Source: Pseudomonas sp. (lineage in GTDB: Bacteria > Pseudomonadota > Gammaproteobacteria > Pseudomonadales > Pseudomonadaceae). From it: a DNA stretch of 64,000 bases. The position numbers were made by a program, and so were the translations under genes. Below, piece by piece: positions 37,084 to 47,697 of this stretch; positions within the stretch are counted from its first letter, which is position 1; every line of letters starts with the position of its first letter. A model generated the notes under the pieces. That model had not been told where the DNA came from. It saw only the letters and a list, made by a program, of their open reading frames with translations, and did not search any database. Where the stretch lies: the NCBI RefSeq assembly GCF_035512415.1, contig NZ_DATKDZ010000022.1:12003-76002 (forward strand). The letters run 5' to 3'.

Positions 37084-38961
37084 TCAGAAGCGCTCGATAT
37101 CAGCCTTGGCTTCCAGCTGCTTACGGAAGGCAGCGAAATCCTGCTGGCCAACGCGTGAGGCCAGGAAGCGGCTGTACATCGCCTTATCCTCATCGGACAG
37201 GGCTTGCTCGGGCTGGCTGACGCCGTTCAGACGCAGCACCACCAGGTCGCCGTTGTTCAGGCTGACAGTGGCAAAGCTCGGCGTGTCGGCATTGGCCGGT
37301 TTGGGCATGCGAAACAGCGTCTGCAACACTGCAGGCTCTACGCCCTCATGGCTCCGGGTAGCCGCTTCGACCACTTGCCAGGACTGCGCTGCGTCCGCCT
37401 GCTCTATCGGCGTCTGGCCGCTGCGCAGCGCGGTCAGCAGCGCCTCGCCCTTGGCCTTGACCGCTTCGCTGGCGCGCACCTTGGTCAGCTGATCACGGAT
37501 GCTGTCCTGCACCTGCTCAAGCGGCAACTGCTCAGGCTTGCTGTGCTCCTTGACCCGCACCACCACCACGGTATCGGGATCGAGCTCAATCACGCTGCTG
37601 TTGCTGCCGTCTTCCAATACTTCGTCACTGAACGCGGCCTGGATCACCTGCCGATTGGCGCTCAGGCCTTCGCTGCCGCCCTGACGCCCGAAGGCTTCAG
37701 TCAGCTTGACCTCGAGGCCGAGCTCCTGGGCTGGCTGAACCAGATCGGAAGCTTCGAAAGCCGAATCCTCGAGTTCCTTGGCGACTTCGACAAAGCGCTG
37801 CTCGACCTGACGCGCCTTGAGATCGCGCTGCAGTTTTTCTTCCAGGCTGGCGAAGCTCGGCACTTCCGGTGCCTGCACGTCCAGGAGCTTGATCAAGTGC
37901 CAGCCGAACTCGCTGCGCACGGGTGCGGACACGGCATTCTCGTCCAGCGCATAGAGCGCTTCTTCAAAGGCCGGGTCATATACACCAGGGCCGGCAAAGC
38001 CCAGATCACCGCCCTCACCTGCCGAACCCGAGTCATCGGAGACTTCTTTGGCCAGCGCGGCAAAATCCTCACCCTGCTCCAGACGCTTCTGCACCTCGAC
38101 CAGTTTGGCCTGGGCTTGTTCGTCATTCAGCGCGTCATTCACTTCCAGCAAAATATGCGCGGCGCGACGCTGCTCGGCCAGGTTGGCGATTTCATTTTCG
38201 TAAGCGGTCTGCAACGCCTCGGCGCTGACTTCCACCTGATCGAAGAATGCCGCCTTGTTCAGCTCGACATACTCCAGGACCACCTGCTCCGGGGTCATGA
38301 ACTCGCTGGATTGGGCGTTGTAATAGGCCTTGATGTCATCGTCGCTGAGCACCACGGCATCGAGATCAGCCTGCAGCGTGAGGGTAGCGAAATCGCGGGT
38401 CTGTTTCTCCAGACTGGCAAACGCCTGCACCTGCTCATCGGTGACAAAACCGCTATTGGCCAGACCGGCACGCAACTGACCAATCAGCATTTCCTGCTCA
38501 AGCATCTGGCGGAACTGCAAACGGTTGTAGCCCAGCTGACGAATCACCTGATCGAATCGCTCGGCGCTGAATTTGCCATCCACGAGGAACTCGGGGGTTT
38601 GCAGAATCAACTGATCGAGGGCTTGTTGGGAAAATGCGAACTTGGCGTCCTTGGCCCCCTGCAGCAACACGGCGCGCTCAACCAGACCATTCAGGGCCGA
38701 TTCGCGCAGCAGCTTCTCATCCAGCAAGGACGCATCGAAATCGCGGCCCAGTTGCTGCAGCAATTGACGACGCTGCATCTCGACAGCCTGACTCAGCTCC
38801 ACCGTCGTGATTTTCTCGCCGTTGACGGCGGCGGCATTCTGGCTGTTGCTGGTGCTGGTGAAAATGGCATCGACCCCCGTCAGCGCCAACAGCGCGACAA
38901 TGATGCCGATAATGGTTTTGGCAATCCAACCCTGTGAATTGTCCCTGATGTTCTGCAGCAT
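37084..38961 (-). CDS. ppiD: periplasmic chaperone / peptidyl-prolyl isomerase PpiD
   Basis: N-terminal TM (WIAKTIIGIIVALLALTGV), SurA-like region and a parvulin domain (VRSEFGWHLIKL). The start is set at MLQNIRDNSQG. Confidence 0.9.
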   Translation of the reverse strand: MLQNIRDNSQGWIAKTIIGIIVALLALTGVDAIFTSTSNSQNAAAVNGEKITTVELSQAVEMQRRQLLQQLGRDFDASLLDEKLLRESALNGLVERAVLLQGAKDAKFAFSQQALDQLILQTPEFLVDGKFSAERFDQVIRQLGYNRLQFRQMLEQEMLIGQLRAGLANSGFVTDEQVQAFASLEKQTRDFATLTLQADLDAVVLSDDDIKAYYNAQSSEFMTPEQVVLEYVELNKAAFFDQVEVSAEALQTAYENEIANLAEQRRAAHILLEVNDALNDEQAQAKLVEVQKRLEQGEDFAALAKEVSDDSGSAGEGGDLGFAGPGVYDPAFEEALYALDENAVSAPVRSEFGWHLIKLLDVQAPEVPSFASLEEKLQRDLKARQVEQRFVEVAKELEDSAFEASDLVQPAQELGLEVKLTEAFGRQGGSEGLSANRQVIQAAFSDEVLEDGSNSSVIELDPDTVVVVRVKEHSKPEQLPLEQVQDSIRDQLTKVRASEAVKAKGEALLTALRSGQTPIEQADAAQSWQVVEAATRSHEGVEPAVLQTLFRMPKPANADTPSFATVSLNNGDLVVLRLNGVSQPEQALSDEDKAMYSRFLASRVGQQDFAAFRKQLEAKADIERF

Positions 38962-39020
38962 GCGTCCCCCAGAACGACTGTACAAAATTAGCAGTCGCGC
39001 AGTGTGGGTAAAATCCGGAT

Positions 39021-39050
39021 AGAAGAAAGGCGCATCAGAGGATGCGCCTT
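39021..39050 (-). terminator. hupB terminator AAGGCGCAUC-CUCU-GAUGCGCCUU then UCUUCU
   Basis: Perfect 10-bp stem with a U-rich tail on the minus strand. Confidence 0.75.
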
Positions 39051-39178
39051 CTCGTAACTAACGAAGCGGAACGAAATGACAGTATCGATTCGTGATGGCC
39101 CGGAGATGCTGTCCGTCCGGGCTACCGCTCCGCTGCCAGGTCAGGTGTACTGACCTGGTGGGCAAGATCGAAAGCGGC

Positions 39179-39451
39179 TTAGTTAACAGCGTCTTTCAGA
39201 GCTTTGCCGGCTTTGAAGCCTGGAATCTTGGCAGCAGCGATGCTGATCGGGTTACCAGTTTGCGGGTTGCGGCCGGTACGAGCAGCGCGCTCTTTGACAG
39301 CGAAGGTACCGAAACCAACCAGTACTACGGAGTCGCCCGCTTTCAGAGCACCAGTAACGGATTCAATTACTGCGTCCAGCGCACGGCCAGCGACAGCTTT
39401 TGGGATATCAGCAGATGCAGCGATGGCATCGATCAGTTCCGACTTGTTCAC
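39179..39451 (-). CDS. hupB: DNA-binding protein HU-beta
   Basis: [33 protein letters not shown]...RTGRNPQTG; 90 aa. Confidence 0.95.
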   Translation of the reverse strand: MNKSELIDAIAASADIPKAVAGRALDAVIESVTGALKAGDSVVLVGFGTFAVKERAARTGRNPQTGNPISIAAAKIPGFKAGKALKDAVN

Positions 39452-39588
39452 TCTTAAGTCCCCTTAATTTCTATTGAGTTTGTTTCTTGCTTTTAAGTGT
39501 AAGCAAAGCGGGTGCTGGATGGCCTGCTGACACAATAAGAGCCGCTTTATAACAAGGGCTTCAAAATTATGTCAAGGAAGCCCTCCGG

Positions 39589-41985
39589 CTAATGCGTGCT
39601 GATTCGCTCCTTGGAGTCAGACTCGCGCTTGTCATCCTTTGCAACTATCTCGGGAGCCGCATCAGGCAAGGGCTCCGGGGCGTATTGCAGCGCAATTTGC
39701 AGGACTTCGTCAATCCATTTAACCGGTTTAATCTGCAAGTCCTGCTTAATATTCTCGGGAATTTCCTTCAAATCGCGCACATTCTCTTCGGGAATGATCA
39801 CTGTTTTGATTCCACCACGGTGCGCCGCCAGCAGTTTTTCCTTGAGACCACCAATCGCCAGAACCTGCCCGCGCAAGGTGATTTCACCGGTCATTGCCAC
39901 ATCGGCGCGCACGGGAATCTGGGTCAAGGCCGAAACCAGCGCCGTACACATGCCAACGCCGGCGCTGGGGCCATCTTTGGGGGTTGCCCCCTCCGGCATA
40001 TGGATATGGATGTCCTGCTTCTCATAGAAGTCCACAGGCACGCCCAGGCTCTTGGCGCGACTTCTGACCACGGTTTGCGCCGCGGTGATCGATTCGAGCA
40101 TCACATCACCCAGTGAGCCGGTCTTGATCAGCTGGCCTTTGCCAGGCACCACAACCGCTTCGATGGTCAGCAGCTCGCCGCCCACCTGGGTCCAGGCAAG
40201 GCCTGTGACTTGGCCAATCTGATCCTGCAACTCGGCCAGACCGTAGCGGTGCTTGCGCACACCGAGGAAATGTTCGAGCGAGTCGGCCGTAACGCTGACC
40301 TGGAAGCGCTTCTCGGTGGAGTGTTCCTTGACCACCTTGCGGCATACCTTGGCAATCTGCCGCTCAAGGCCACGCACGCCGGCTTCGCGGGTGTAGTAGC
40401 GAATGATGTCGCGGATCGCCGCCTCATCAAAAACCAGCTCGGCTTTCTTCAGACCGTTGGCCTGAACCTGCTTGGGTGCCAGGTACTTGATGGCGATATT
40501 GATTTTTTCGGCTTCGGTGTAGCCCGGCAGGCGAATAACCTCCATGCGGTCCAGCAATGCCGCCGGAATATTCATGGAGTTGGCCGTGCAGAGGAACATC
40601 ACATCCGACAGGTCGTAATCGACCTCCAGATAGTGATCGTTGAAGTTGTGGTTCTGCTCTGGATCGAGCACTTCAAGCAGCGCCGACGCAGGATCGCCAC
40701 GCATGTCCTGACCCATCTTGTCGATTTCGTCGAGCAAGAACAGCGGGTTGCGCACGCCAACCTTGGTCATTTTCTGAATCAGGCGACCCGGCATGGAACC
40801 GATATACGTGCGCCGGTGACCGCGAATTTCCGCTTCGTCGCGCACACCGCCCAAGGCCATTCGCACGAACTTGCGGTTGGTGGCACTGGCAATCGACTCA
40901 GCCAGCGAGGTTTTACCCACGCCAGGCGGGCCAACCAGGCAGAGCACCGGACCCTTGATTTTCTTTACCCGCTTTTGCACGGCGAGGTATTCAAGGATGC
41001 GCTCCTTGACCTCGTCCAGACCGTAATGGTCGGCATCGAGGATCGCTTCGGCGCGCGCCAAATCCAGGCGCACCTTGCTCTGGGCCTTCCACGGCACATT
41101 GACCAGCCAATCGATATAGGAGCGCACCACGGTGGCTTCGGCCGACATCGGCGACATCTGCTTGAGCTTGTTTAGCTCGGCATTGGCCTTGGTGTGGGCC
41201 TCGGCAGTCAGCCCGGCATTCTCGATGCGCTTTTTCAGCTCATCGAGTTCGTTATGGCCTTCCTCGCTATCGCCAAGCTCTTTCTGAATGGCCTTCATCT
41301 GCTCATTCAGGTAGTACTCGCGCTGACTGCGCTCCATCTGCTTCTTGACCCGGCCGCGGATGCGTTTTTCCACCTGCAGCAGGTCGATTTCGGCATCCAG
41401 CAGAGCCAGCACATGCTCGACCCGCGCCTGCAGATCGGTGATTTCCAGGATTTCCTGCTTCTGCTCGATCTTCAGCACCATATGCGCAGCCATGGTGTCG
41501 ACCAGACGCCCCGGCTCATCGATGCCGTTGAGCGAGGCCAGTACCTCGGCCGGGACTTTCTTGCCCAGCTGCACGTACTGTTCAAACTGGCTGAGCAGGC
41601 TGCGGGTAAAGACCTCGGACTCGCGCTCGGCAACCTCGACCTCATCGATCAGCTGCACCTCGGCGCGGCAGTGGCCTTCGACCTCGATAAAGCGCTCGAC
41701 TTCGCCGCGCTGCTCGCCTTCGACCAGCACCTTGACGGTGCCATCCGGCAGTTTCAGCAGCTGCAACACAGTGGCTACGGTACCGACGCGATAGAGACCG
41801 GCTTCATCCGGATCATCGTCGGCGGGATTCTTCTGCGCGAGCAGCAGAATCTGCTTCTCGCCCGTCATGGCCGCTTCTAAGGCCTCGATGGATTTTTCGC
41901 GCCCGACGAACAATGGGATGACCATGTGCGGATAGACCACAACATCGCGCAGCGGCAGGAGAGGCAATTCGATGGTTGTCTTCAT
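39589..41985 (-). CDS. lon: ATP-dependent Lon protease
   Basis: LON N-domain ([23 protein letters not shown]), Walker [10 protein letters not shown] and the protease Ser motif PKDGPSAG. The start is at MKTTIELP (41985), giving 798 aa. Confidence 0.97.
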   Translation of the reverse strand: MKTTIELPLLPLRDVVVYPHMVIPLFVGREKSIEALEAAMTGEKQILLLAQKNPADDDPDEAGLYRVGTVATVLQLLKLPDGTVKVLVEGEQRGEVERFIEVEGHCRAEVQLIDEVEVAERESEVFTRSLLSQFEQYVQLGKKVPAEVLASLNGIDEPGRLVDTMAAHMVLKIEQKQEILEITDLQARVEHVLALLDAEIDLLQVEKRIRGRVKKQMERSQREYYLNEQMKAIQKELGDSEEGHNELDELKKRIENAGLTAEAHTKANAELNKLKQMSPMSAEATVVRSYIDWLVNVPWKAQSKVRLDLARAEAILDADHYGLDEVKERILEYLAVQKRVKKIKGPVLCLVGPPGVGKTSLAESIASATNRKFVRMALGGVRDEAEIRGHRRTYIGSMPGRLIQKMTKVGVRNPLFLLDEIDKMGQDMRGDPASALLEVLDPEQNHNFNDHYLEVDYDLSDVMFLCTANSMNIPAALLDRMEVIRLPGYTEAEKINIAIKYLAPKQVQANGLKKAELVFDEAAIRDIIRYYTREAGVRGLERQIAKVCRKVVKEHSTEKRFQVSVTADSLEHFLGVRKHRYGLAELQDQIGQVTGLAWTQVGGELLTIEAVVVPGKGQLIKTGSLGDVMLESITAAQTVVRSRAKSLGVPVDFYEKQDIHIHMPEGATPKDGPSAGVGMCTALVSALTQIPVRADVAMTGEITLRGQVLAIGGLKEKLLAAHRGGIKTVIIPEENVRDLKEIPENIKQDLQIKPVKWIDEVLQIALQYAPEPLPDAAPEIVAKDDKRESDSKERISTH

Positions 41986-42044
41986 GATATTCGGCTCTAC
42001 GTCGGCCTTGCGGCCGTGAACAGATGGGATGACCCTTAGCCCTA

Positions 42045-42073
42045 AGATGGGGGCAGCCCCAACAAAAAACAAG
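42045..42073 (-). promoter_or_regulatory. sigma32 (RpoH)-type promoter CTTGTTT-14 nt-CCCCATCT upstream of lon
   Basis: The -10 matches the CCCCATNT heat-shock consensus exactly; the -35 keeps the CTTG core. The -10 ends about 60 nt upstream of the lon ATG. Confidence 0.5.
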
Positions 42074-42086
42074 CGCTGCCATAGCA

Positions 42087-42117
42087 AAAGCAAAGGGGCC
42101 CGCAGGCCCCTTGCTTT
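42087..42117 (-). terminator. clpX terminator AGCAAGGGGCC-UGCG-GGCCCCUUUGCU then UUUGCU
   Basis: Long GC stem plus U-rich tail, 19 nt after the clpX stop. Confidence 0.8.
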
Positions 42118-42135
42118 CAACATGTTGCAAGCCTG

Positions 42136-43416
42136 TTACGCGTCAGGCGCAGCCTTGGCTGGCAGCTCGCTGTTTTCATAAATCAACAGCGGCTTGGAGG
42201 TGCCATCGATCACGCTCTCATCGATAACCACCTTGCTGACGTCGGACTGCGACGGGATCTCGTACATGGTATCGAGCAGGACACCTTCGAGAATCGAACG
42301 CAGGCCGCGGGCACCGGTCTTACGCTCAAGCGCCTTGTGGGCAACCGACTTCAGCGCATCCGGACGGAATTCCAGCTCTACCCCTTCCATCTCAAACAGC
42401 TTGCCGTATTGCTTGGTCAAAGCATTCTTCGGCTCAGTCAGAATCTGCACCAGAGCCGCTTCGTCCAACTCATCCAACGTGGCGATAACCGGCAAGCGGC
42501 CCACGAACTCAGGAATCAGACCAAACTTGACCAGATCATCAGGCTCAACGGCGCGCAGTGACTCGCCAATTTTCTTGCCCTCTTCCTTGCTGCGTACTTC
42601 TGCGTTGAAGCCGATACCACCCTTGGTCGAGCGGCCCTGGATGACTTTTTCCAGGCCAGAGAACGCACCACCGCAGATAAACAGAATGTTGCGCGTATCA
42701 ACCTGCAGAAATTCCTGCTGCGGATGCTTGCGACCACCCTGCGGTGGTACAGAGGCAACCGTGCCCTCGATCAGCTTGAGCAGTGCCTGCTGCACGCCCT
42801 CGCCCGATACGTCGCGGGTAATCGACGGGTTATCCGATTTGCGCGAAATCTTGTCGATTTCGTCGATGTAGACGATGCCCATCTGGGCTTTTTCCACATC
42901 GTAATCGCACTTCTGCAGCAGCTTCTGAATAATGTTCTCGACGTCCTCACCGACATAACCGGCTTCGGTCAGGGTGGTGGCGTCGGCGATGGTGAAGGGT
43001 ACGTTAAGCAAACGTGCCAGGGTTTCGGCCAGCAGAGTTTTACCCGAGCCAGTCGGACCAATCAGCAGGATATTGCTTTTGCCCAGTTCGACATCATCTT
43101 TCTTGTCGCGCTGATTGAGGCGCTTGTAGTGGTTGTACACCGCTACCGCCAAAACCTTCTTCGCACGCTCCTGACCGATCACATACTGATCGAGGATGGT
43201 GCTGATTTCTTTGGGAGCAGGCAATTTATGCGCGCTGCTCTCGGCCTGGGCTTCCTGCACCTCCTCGCGGATGATGTCGTTGCACAGGTCGACGCACTCG
43301 TCGCAGATAAAGACCGAGGGGCCGGCAATCAATTTGCGCACTTCATGCTGGCTTTTGCCGCAGAAGGAGCAATAAAGCAGCTTGCCGTTGTCCTCGCCGT
43401 TGCGGGTGTCAGTCAT
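42136..43416 (-). CDS. clpX: ATP-dependent Clp protease ATP-binding subunit ClpX
   Basis: Zinc-binding CSFCGKSQ...CDEC, Walker A GPTGSGKT. The start is at MTDTRNGED. Confidence 0.97.
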   Translation of the reverse strand: MTDTRNGEDNGKLLYCSFCGKSQHEVRKLIAGPSVFICDECVDLCNDIIREEVQEAQAESSAHKLPAPKEISTILDQYVIGQERAKKVLAVAVYNHYKRLNQRDKKDDVELGKSNILLIGPTGSGKTLLAETLARLLNVPFTIADATTLTEAGYVGEDVENIIQKLLQKCDYDVEKAQMGIVYIDEIDKISRKSDNPSITRDVSGEGVQQALLKLIEGTVASVPPQGGRKHPQQEFLQVDTRNILFICGGAFSGLEKVIQGRSTKGGIGFNAEVRSKEEGKKIGESLRAVEPDDLVKFGLIPEFVGRLPVIATLDELDEAALVQILTEPKNALTKQYGKLFEMEGVELEFRPDALKSVAHKALERKTGARGLRSILEGVLLDTMYEIPSQSDVSKVVIDESVIDGTSKPLLIYENSELPAKAAPDA

Positions 43417-43449
43417 TCGTTCAATCCAATCCGGTAGGCTTGAAACACA

Positions 43450-43478
43450 AGATGAGGGCAAATGCGGGCATTTTCAAG
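43450..43478 (-). promoter_or_regulatory. sigma32-type promoter CTTGAAA-13 nt-CCCTCATCT upstream of clpX
   Basis: The -35 matches the consensus exactly and the -10 is close to CCCCATNT. It lies in the clpP-clpX spacer. Confidence 0.45.
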
Positions 43479-43527
43479 CCCGCCGGCGGCCGGGCACGCC
43501 GACCTGCCCTATTTTGAGCTGCTTATA

Positions 43528-44163
43528 TTAAGCGGGGCGCTTCTCAATCACTGCGTCGATCAACCCGTATTCACGAGCCGCTTCGGCGCTCATGAAATTA
43601 TCACGATTGGTATCGCGCTCGATTTCTTCCAAGGTGCGCCCACTGTGCTTGGCCATCAGCATGTTGAGACGCTCACGGATGAAGAGGATTTCCTTGGCGT
43701 GAATTTCGATGTCCGACGCCTGGCCTTGGAAACCGCCCAGTGGCTGGTGAATCATCACACGCGAGTTCGGCAGGCAGTAACGCTTGCCCTCAGCACCAGC
43801 GGTCAGCAGGAAAGCGCCCATGCTGCACGCCTGACCAATACAGGTGGTGGACACGTTAGGCTTGATGAACTGCATGGTGTCGTAGATCGACATACCCGCC
43901 GTCACCGAACCACCTGGAGAGTTGATGTAAAGATGTATGTCCTTGTCCGGATTTTCCGCTTCAAGGAATAACAGTTGCGCACAGATCAGGTTGGCCATGT
44001 AGTCCTCTACAGGGCCGACAAGAAAGATCACTCGCTCCTTGAGCAGGCGCGAATAGATATCGTAGGCGCGCTCACCGCGAGCCGTCTGCTCGACAACCAT
44101 GGGTACCAGGCCGCCAGCGGCTTGGATATCAGGCATTTGTTGCATAAAAGGATTGCGGGACAT
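43528..44163 (-). CDS. clpP: ATP-dependent Clp protease proteolytic subunit
   Basis: [20 protein letters not shown]...[11 protein letters not shown] (catalytic Ser); 211 aa. Confidence 0.97.
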   Translation of the reverse strand: MSRNPFMQQMPDIQAAGGLVPMVVEQTARGERAYDIYSRLLKERVIFLVGPVEDYMANLICAQLLFLEAENPDKDIHLYINSPGGSVTAGMSIYDTMQFIKPNVSTTCIGQACSMGAFLLTAGAEGKRYCLPNSRVMIHQPLGGFQGQASDIEIHAKEILFIRERLNMLMAKHSGRTLEEIERDTNRDNFMSAEAAREYGLIDAVIEKRPA

Positions 44164-44202
44164 GCGTGCACTCGCTCCCTAAATAGTCATGTCACAAATA
44201 CG

Positions 44203-44230
44203 CATAAGCCAGCACGGAGGCTGGCTTATG
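44203..44230 (-). terminator. tig terminator/attenuator hairpin CAUAAGCCAGC-CUCCGU-GCUGGCUUAUG
   Basis: Perfect 11-bp stem, 25 nt after the tig stop. The tail CGUAUUUGU is only moderately U-rich. Confidence 0.6.
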
Positions 44231-44254
44231 GCGTGTTCGAACGAGGTAAAGAAA

Positions 44255-45565
44255 TCAGGCGGCTTGCGGAGCTTCCACCGGCTTGACAGCTTCTTCGTAA
44301 GAGACCGCTTTATCGGTCACGTTGGCCTTCTGCAAAACAGTATCTACAACTTGCTCTTCGAGCACAACCGAACGCACTTCGTTCATTTGCTGGTCGTTTT
44401 TGTAGTACCAGGCCACAACCTGCTCAGGCTCTTGATAAGCCGAAGCCATTTCTTCGATCATTACACGGATGCGCGCTTCGTCCGGCTTCAGCTCGGTCTG
44501 CTTGACCACTTCAGCGACGACCAGGCCCAGCACGACGCGGCGCTTGGCTTGCTCTTCGAACAGCTCGGCCGGCAGTTGATCAGGCTTGAGGTTGCCACCG
44601 AACTGCTGAACGGCCTGCACACGCAGACGGTTTACTTCGTTACCGATCAGGGCCTTCGGCACTTCGATCGGGTTGGCAGCCAGCAGGCCGTCCATGACCT
44701 GGTTCTTGATCTTGGACTTGATGGCCTGGCGCAGCTCGCGCTCCATGTTCTTGCGCACTTCAGCGCGGAAACCTTCCAGGCCGCCTTCTTTCACACCGAA
44801 CAGGGCGAAGAAGTCATCATTCAGCTCAGGCAGCTGCGGAGCGCTGATGCTGTTGACGGTGACGGTGAATTCGGCGGCTTTGCCAGCCAGATCAAGATTC
44901 TGGTAATCAGCCGGGAAAGTCGGGTTGATCACGCGCTCTTCGCCAGCCTTGGCACCCACCAGAGCATCTTCGAAGCCAGGGATCATGCGGCCGGAGCCGA
45001 GAACCAGCTGAGTGCCCTTGGCCGAACCGCCTGCAAAGGCTTCACCATCGACCTTGCCAACGAAATCGATATTCAGCTGGTCGCCATTTTCGGCGGCGCG
45101 CTCAACGGTTTCGAAACGGGTGTTCTGCTTGCGCAGGATTTCCAGCATGTTGTCGACATCGCTGTCGGCCACGTCAGCCTGCAGGCGCTCAATGGCAATG
45201 GACTCGAAACCGGCAACGGTGAATTCCGGGAATACTTCGAAGGTGGCAACGTATTCCAAATCCTTGCCCTTCTCGAAGGACTTCGGCTCAACGGCCGGAG
45301 CGCCAGCAGGATTGAGCTTCTGCTCGACCACGGCTTCATAGAAAGTGGACTGGATCAGGTCGCCCAGGGCTTCCTGGCGCGCAGCATCTTCGTAACGCTG
45401 ACGGATCACGCTCATCGGCACTTTGCCGGGACGGAAGCCGGGAACCTTGGCGCGACGGGCAGTCTGCTGCAGACGCTTGTTGACTTCAGTCTCGATGCGC
45501 TCAACGGGAACGCCAACGGTCATACGGCGCTCAAGAGCAGAAGTGCTTTCAACAGAAACTTGCAT
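44255..45565 (-). CDS. tig: trigger factor
   Basis: [20 protein letters not shown]..., ribosome-binding GFRPGKVP motif and an FKBP-type middle domain. Confidence 0.95.
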   Translation of the reverse strand: MQVSVESTSALERRMTVGVPVERIETEVNKRLQQTARRAKVPGFRPGKVPMSVIRQRYEDAARQEALGDLIQSTFYEAVVEQKLNPAGAPAVEPKSFEKGKDLEYVATFEVFPEFTVAGFESIAIERLQADVADSDVDNMLEILRKQNTRFETVERAAENGDQLNIDFVGKVDGEAFAGGSAKGTQLVLGSGRMIPGFEDALVGAKAGEERVINPTFPADYQNLDLAGKAAEFTVTVNSISAPQLPELNDDFFALFGVKEGGLEGFRAEVRKNMERELRQAIKSKIKNQVMDGLLAANPIEVPKALIGNEVNRLRVQAVQQFGGNLKPDQLPAELFEEQAKRRVVLGLVVAEVVKQTELKPDEARIRVMIEEMASAYQEPEQVVAWYYKNDQQMNEVRSVVLEEQVVDTVLQKANVTDKAVSYEEAVKPVEAPQAA

Positions 45566-45695
45566 GGATATTCCTCGTTGCACAGACATAAGCCGGCCGT
45601 TTACCGGCCCCTAATCAAGGGCATGCATTCTAGAGGCTGAATTTGCAGAAGTCACCCTAGATGCAAGCGGCAAACGGGAGGGAGCTAAAGAAAGA

Positions 45696-45780
45696 TGGTG
45701 CGGACGGAGAGACTCGAACTCTCACGCCTTGCGGCGCTGGAACCTAAATCCAGTGTGTCTACCAATTCCACCACGTCCGC
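45696..45780 (-). tRNA. tRNA-Leu (anticodon UAG)
   Basis: Hand-folded cloverleaf: acceptor GCGGACG/CGTCCGC plus ACCA, anticodon stem CTGGA/TCCAG with loop TTTAGGT, long variable arm, T arm GAGAG-TTCGAGT-CTCTC. Confidence 0.9.
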
Positions 45781-45800
45781 AGAGGTAAAACCTTGTATAC

Positions 45801-45830
45801 AAAAACGCCAGGCTTTCACCTGGCGCTTTG
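45801..45830 (-). terminator. Terminator-like hairpin between tRNA-His and tRNA-Leu (GCGCCAGG-UGAAAG-CCUGGCGU then UUUUGU)
   Basis: 7-8 bp GC stem followed by a U-tract on the transcribed strand, inside the tRNA cluster. Confidence 0.45.
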
Positions 45831-45835
45831 GAATA

Positions 45836-45912
45836 TGGGGTGGACGATGGGAATCGAACCCACGACAACAGGAGTCACAATCCTGCGCTCTACCAACTGA
45901 GCTACGCCCACC
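45836..45912 (-). tRNA. tRNA-His (anticodon GUG)
   Basis: Extra 5' G(-1), anticodon loop TTGTGAC, T loop TTCGATT, 3' CCA encoded. Confidence 0.9.
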
Positions 45913-45945
45913 ATATTGCATGTTGCTTGCGCCAAGACTGCCAAA

Positions 45946-46022
45946 TGGCACGCCCGGCAGGACTCGAACCTGCGACCATCCGCTTAGAAGGCGGATGCTC
46001 TATCCAGCTGAGCTACGGGCGC
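45946..46022 (-). tRNA. tRNA-Arg (anticodon UCU)
   Basis: Acceptor GCGCCCG/CGGGCGT, anticodon stem TCCGC/GCGGA with loop CTTCTAA, T arm GCAGG-TTCGAGT-CCTGC, 3' CCA encoded. Confidence 0.9.
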
Positions 46023-46132
46023 CTATCCATCTGCAGCGCAGACTTAAAGCTTTCGGCTTAGGAAAAAACCTTGCGACTCTTACCTTTGCCGTCTTACCCA
46101 GCGACTGGCTGTGCTCGACAAGCGGGGCGAAT

Positions 46133-46160
46133 GTTATAGAGGTGATTAACGGTCGTCAAC
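46133..46160 (-). promoter_or_regulatory. possible sigma70 promoter GTTGAC-16 nt-TATAAC with GC-rich discriminator for the tRNA cluster
   Basis: Hexamers were read on the minus strand. The -10 is about 110 nt upstream of the tRNA-Arg 5' end, which is long, so the call is tentative. Confidence 0.3.
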
Positions 46161-46292
46161 AGGGAAGATCAAAAAAATTCAGCTATATAAAGGAGTTACG
46201 CGAAAACCGCGGCATGCGCCTTTGCCCCATCGCACGGTCATGCGAGAATGCGCGTCCTTTTTCCATCCTTTCTTTATGGTTAACCAAGCGCA

Positions 46293-47147
46293 ATGACCGC
46301 ACAACTGATCGACGGCAAAGCGATTGCCGCCAGCCTCCGCCAGCAGATCGCGCAACGCGTCGCCGAACGACGCCAGCAGGGCCTGCGCGCACCGGGTCTG
46401 GCTGTAATTCTGGTTGGTAGCGACCCGGCTTCCCAGGTCTACGTCTCGCACAAGCGCAAGGACTGCGAAGAGGTCGGCTTTGTTTCCCAGGCCTACGACC
46501 TGCCGGCCACCACCAGCCAGGACGAGTTGATGGCGCTGATCGAGCGCCTCAACGACGAGCCGAGCATCGATGGCATCCTGGTTCAGCTGCCGCTGCCCGA
46601 GCACCTCGACTCATCCCTGTTATTGGAGCGTATTCGCCCGGACAAGGATGTAGACGGCTTCCATCCGTACAATATCGGTCGCCTGGCCCAGCGCATGCCA
46701 CTCCTGCGCCCCTGCACCCCAAAAGGCATCATGACCCTGCTCGAAAGCACCGGCGCCGACCTTTATGGCATGCATGCCGTGGTGGTGGGTGCCTCCAACA
46801 TAGTCGGCCGCCCCATGGCCATGGAGCTGCTGCTGGCCGGTTGCACCGTCACGGTTACGCACCGCTTCACCAAGGACCTGCCAACCCACGTCGGCCAGGC
46901 TGATATCGTCGTGGTAGCCGCCGGCAAGCCTGGCCTGGTCAAGGGCGAGTGGATAAAGGAAGGGGCCATCGTTATCGACGTGGGCATCAATCGCCAGGCC
47001 GATGGCAAGCTGATCGGCGATGTGGTGTATGAAACCGCCCTTCCCCGCGCCGGCTGGATCACCCCGGTACCCGGCGGTGTTGGCCCAATGACACGCGCCG
47101 GCCTGCTGGAGAACACCCTGCACGCGGCGGAACACCTGCATAGCTGA
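46293..47147 (+). CDS. folD: bifunctional methylenetetrahydrofolate dehydrogenase/cyclohydrolase
   Basis: [17 protein letters not shown]...[16 protein letters not shown]...[12 protein letters not shown]...[11 protein letters not shown]. Confidence 0.95.
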   Translation: MTAQLIDGKAIAASLRQQIAQRVAERRQQGLRAPGLAVILVGSDPASQVYVSHKRKDCEEVGFVSQAYDLPATTSQDELMALIERLNDEPSIDGILVQLPLPEHLDSSLLLERIRPDKDVDGFHPYNIGRLAQRMPLLRPCTPKGIMTLLESTGADLYGMHAVVVGASNIVGRPMAMELLLAGCTVTVTHRFTKDLPTHVGQADIVVVAAGKPGLVKGEWIKEGAIVIDVGINRQADGKLIGDVVYETALPRAGWITPVPGGVGPMTRAGLLENTLHAAEHLHS

Positions 47148-47171
47148 TTCGCCTCGTCCCGCCAGCAATAG

Positions 47172-47200
47172 ACAGCGCCCCGACCCGCTCGGGGCTGTTT
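47172..47200 (+). terminator. folD terminator-like hairpin (ACAGCGCCCCGA...TCGGGGCTGT then TTTACC)
   Basis: Imperfect (bulged) GC stem plus a short T-tract, 25 nt after the folD stop. Confidence 0.5.
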
Positions 47201-47303
47201 ACCGACCTTGCGCTCACGCCTTCCCCTGGTTTTTTCCAGCCCTGATGCGCATGCTGGCCGCTCAGGCCTTATCATTTCGCCAGATGTCCTTGCCGGGTTT
47301 GCC

Positions 47304-47696
47304 ATGAAATTCGCCATTGCCCTGTTCGCCCCTCCTCACGCGCCCTCCTCACGCCGCGCCCTGCGCTTCGCCCAGGCGGTGCAGGCGGGCGGGCACGAGA
47401 TCGTCAGGTTGTTCTTCTATCAGGATGGCGTGCACAGCGCCTCGAGCAACGTGGTCAGCCCCCAGGACGAATTGGATTTAACCAGCGAATGGCGCGACTT
47501 CGTCCACACCCAGCAGCTCGACGGCGTGGTGTGCATTGCCGCCGCCCTGCGCCGCGGCGTTCTCGATGCCCAGGAAGCCCAGCGTTATGCAGCGGGTAGC
47601 GCCAACCTGCAGGCTCCCTGGGAGCTGTCGGGGCTTGGTCAACTGCATGAGGCGACGCAGCTGGCCGACCGCCTGGTGTGCTTCGGAGGGTCTTGA
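47304..47696 (+). CDS. tusD: sulfurtransferase complex subunit TusD (DsrE family)
   Basis: MKFAIALFAPPH... DsrE fold with the conserved Cys in GVVCIAAALRRG. It is first in a four-gene overlapping tus cluster. Confidence 0.85.
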   Translation: MKFAIALFAPPHAPSSRRALRFAQAVQAGGHEIVRLFFYQDGVHSASSNVVSPQDELDLTSEWRDFVHTQQLDGVVCIAAALRRGVLDAQEAQRYAAGSANLQAPWELSGLGQLHEATQLADRLVCFGGS

Positions 47697-47697
47697 G

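Noticed and set aside
43437-43478. Symmetric CTTGAAA ... TTTCAAG arrangement in the clpP-clpX spacer, considered as a protein-binding palindrome
   Set aside because: Only the 7-nt ends are complementary, across a 28-nt interior. The minus-strand CTTGAAA is better explained as the -35 of a sigma32-type promoter with a properly spaced CCCTCATCT -10.
45696-46292. tRNA cluster checked as a possible integration hotspot (integrase, att repeats, genomic island)
   Set aside because: Both flanks are housekeeping genes (tig and folD) at normal spacing. There is no integrase, no direct repeat of a tRNA 3' end and no compositional shift.
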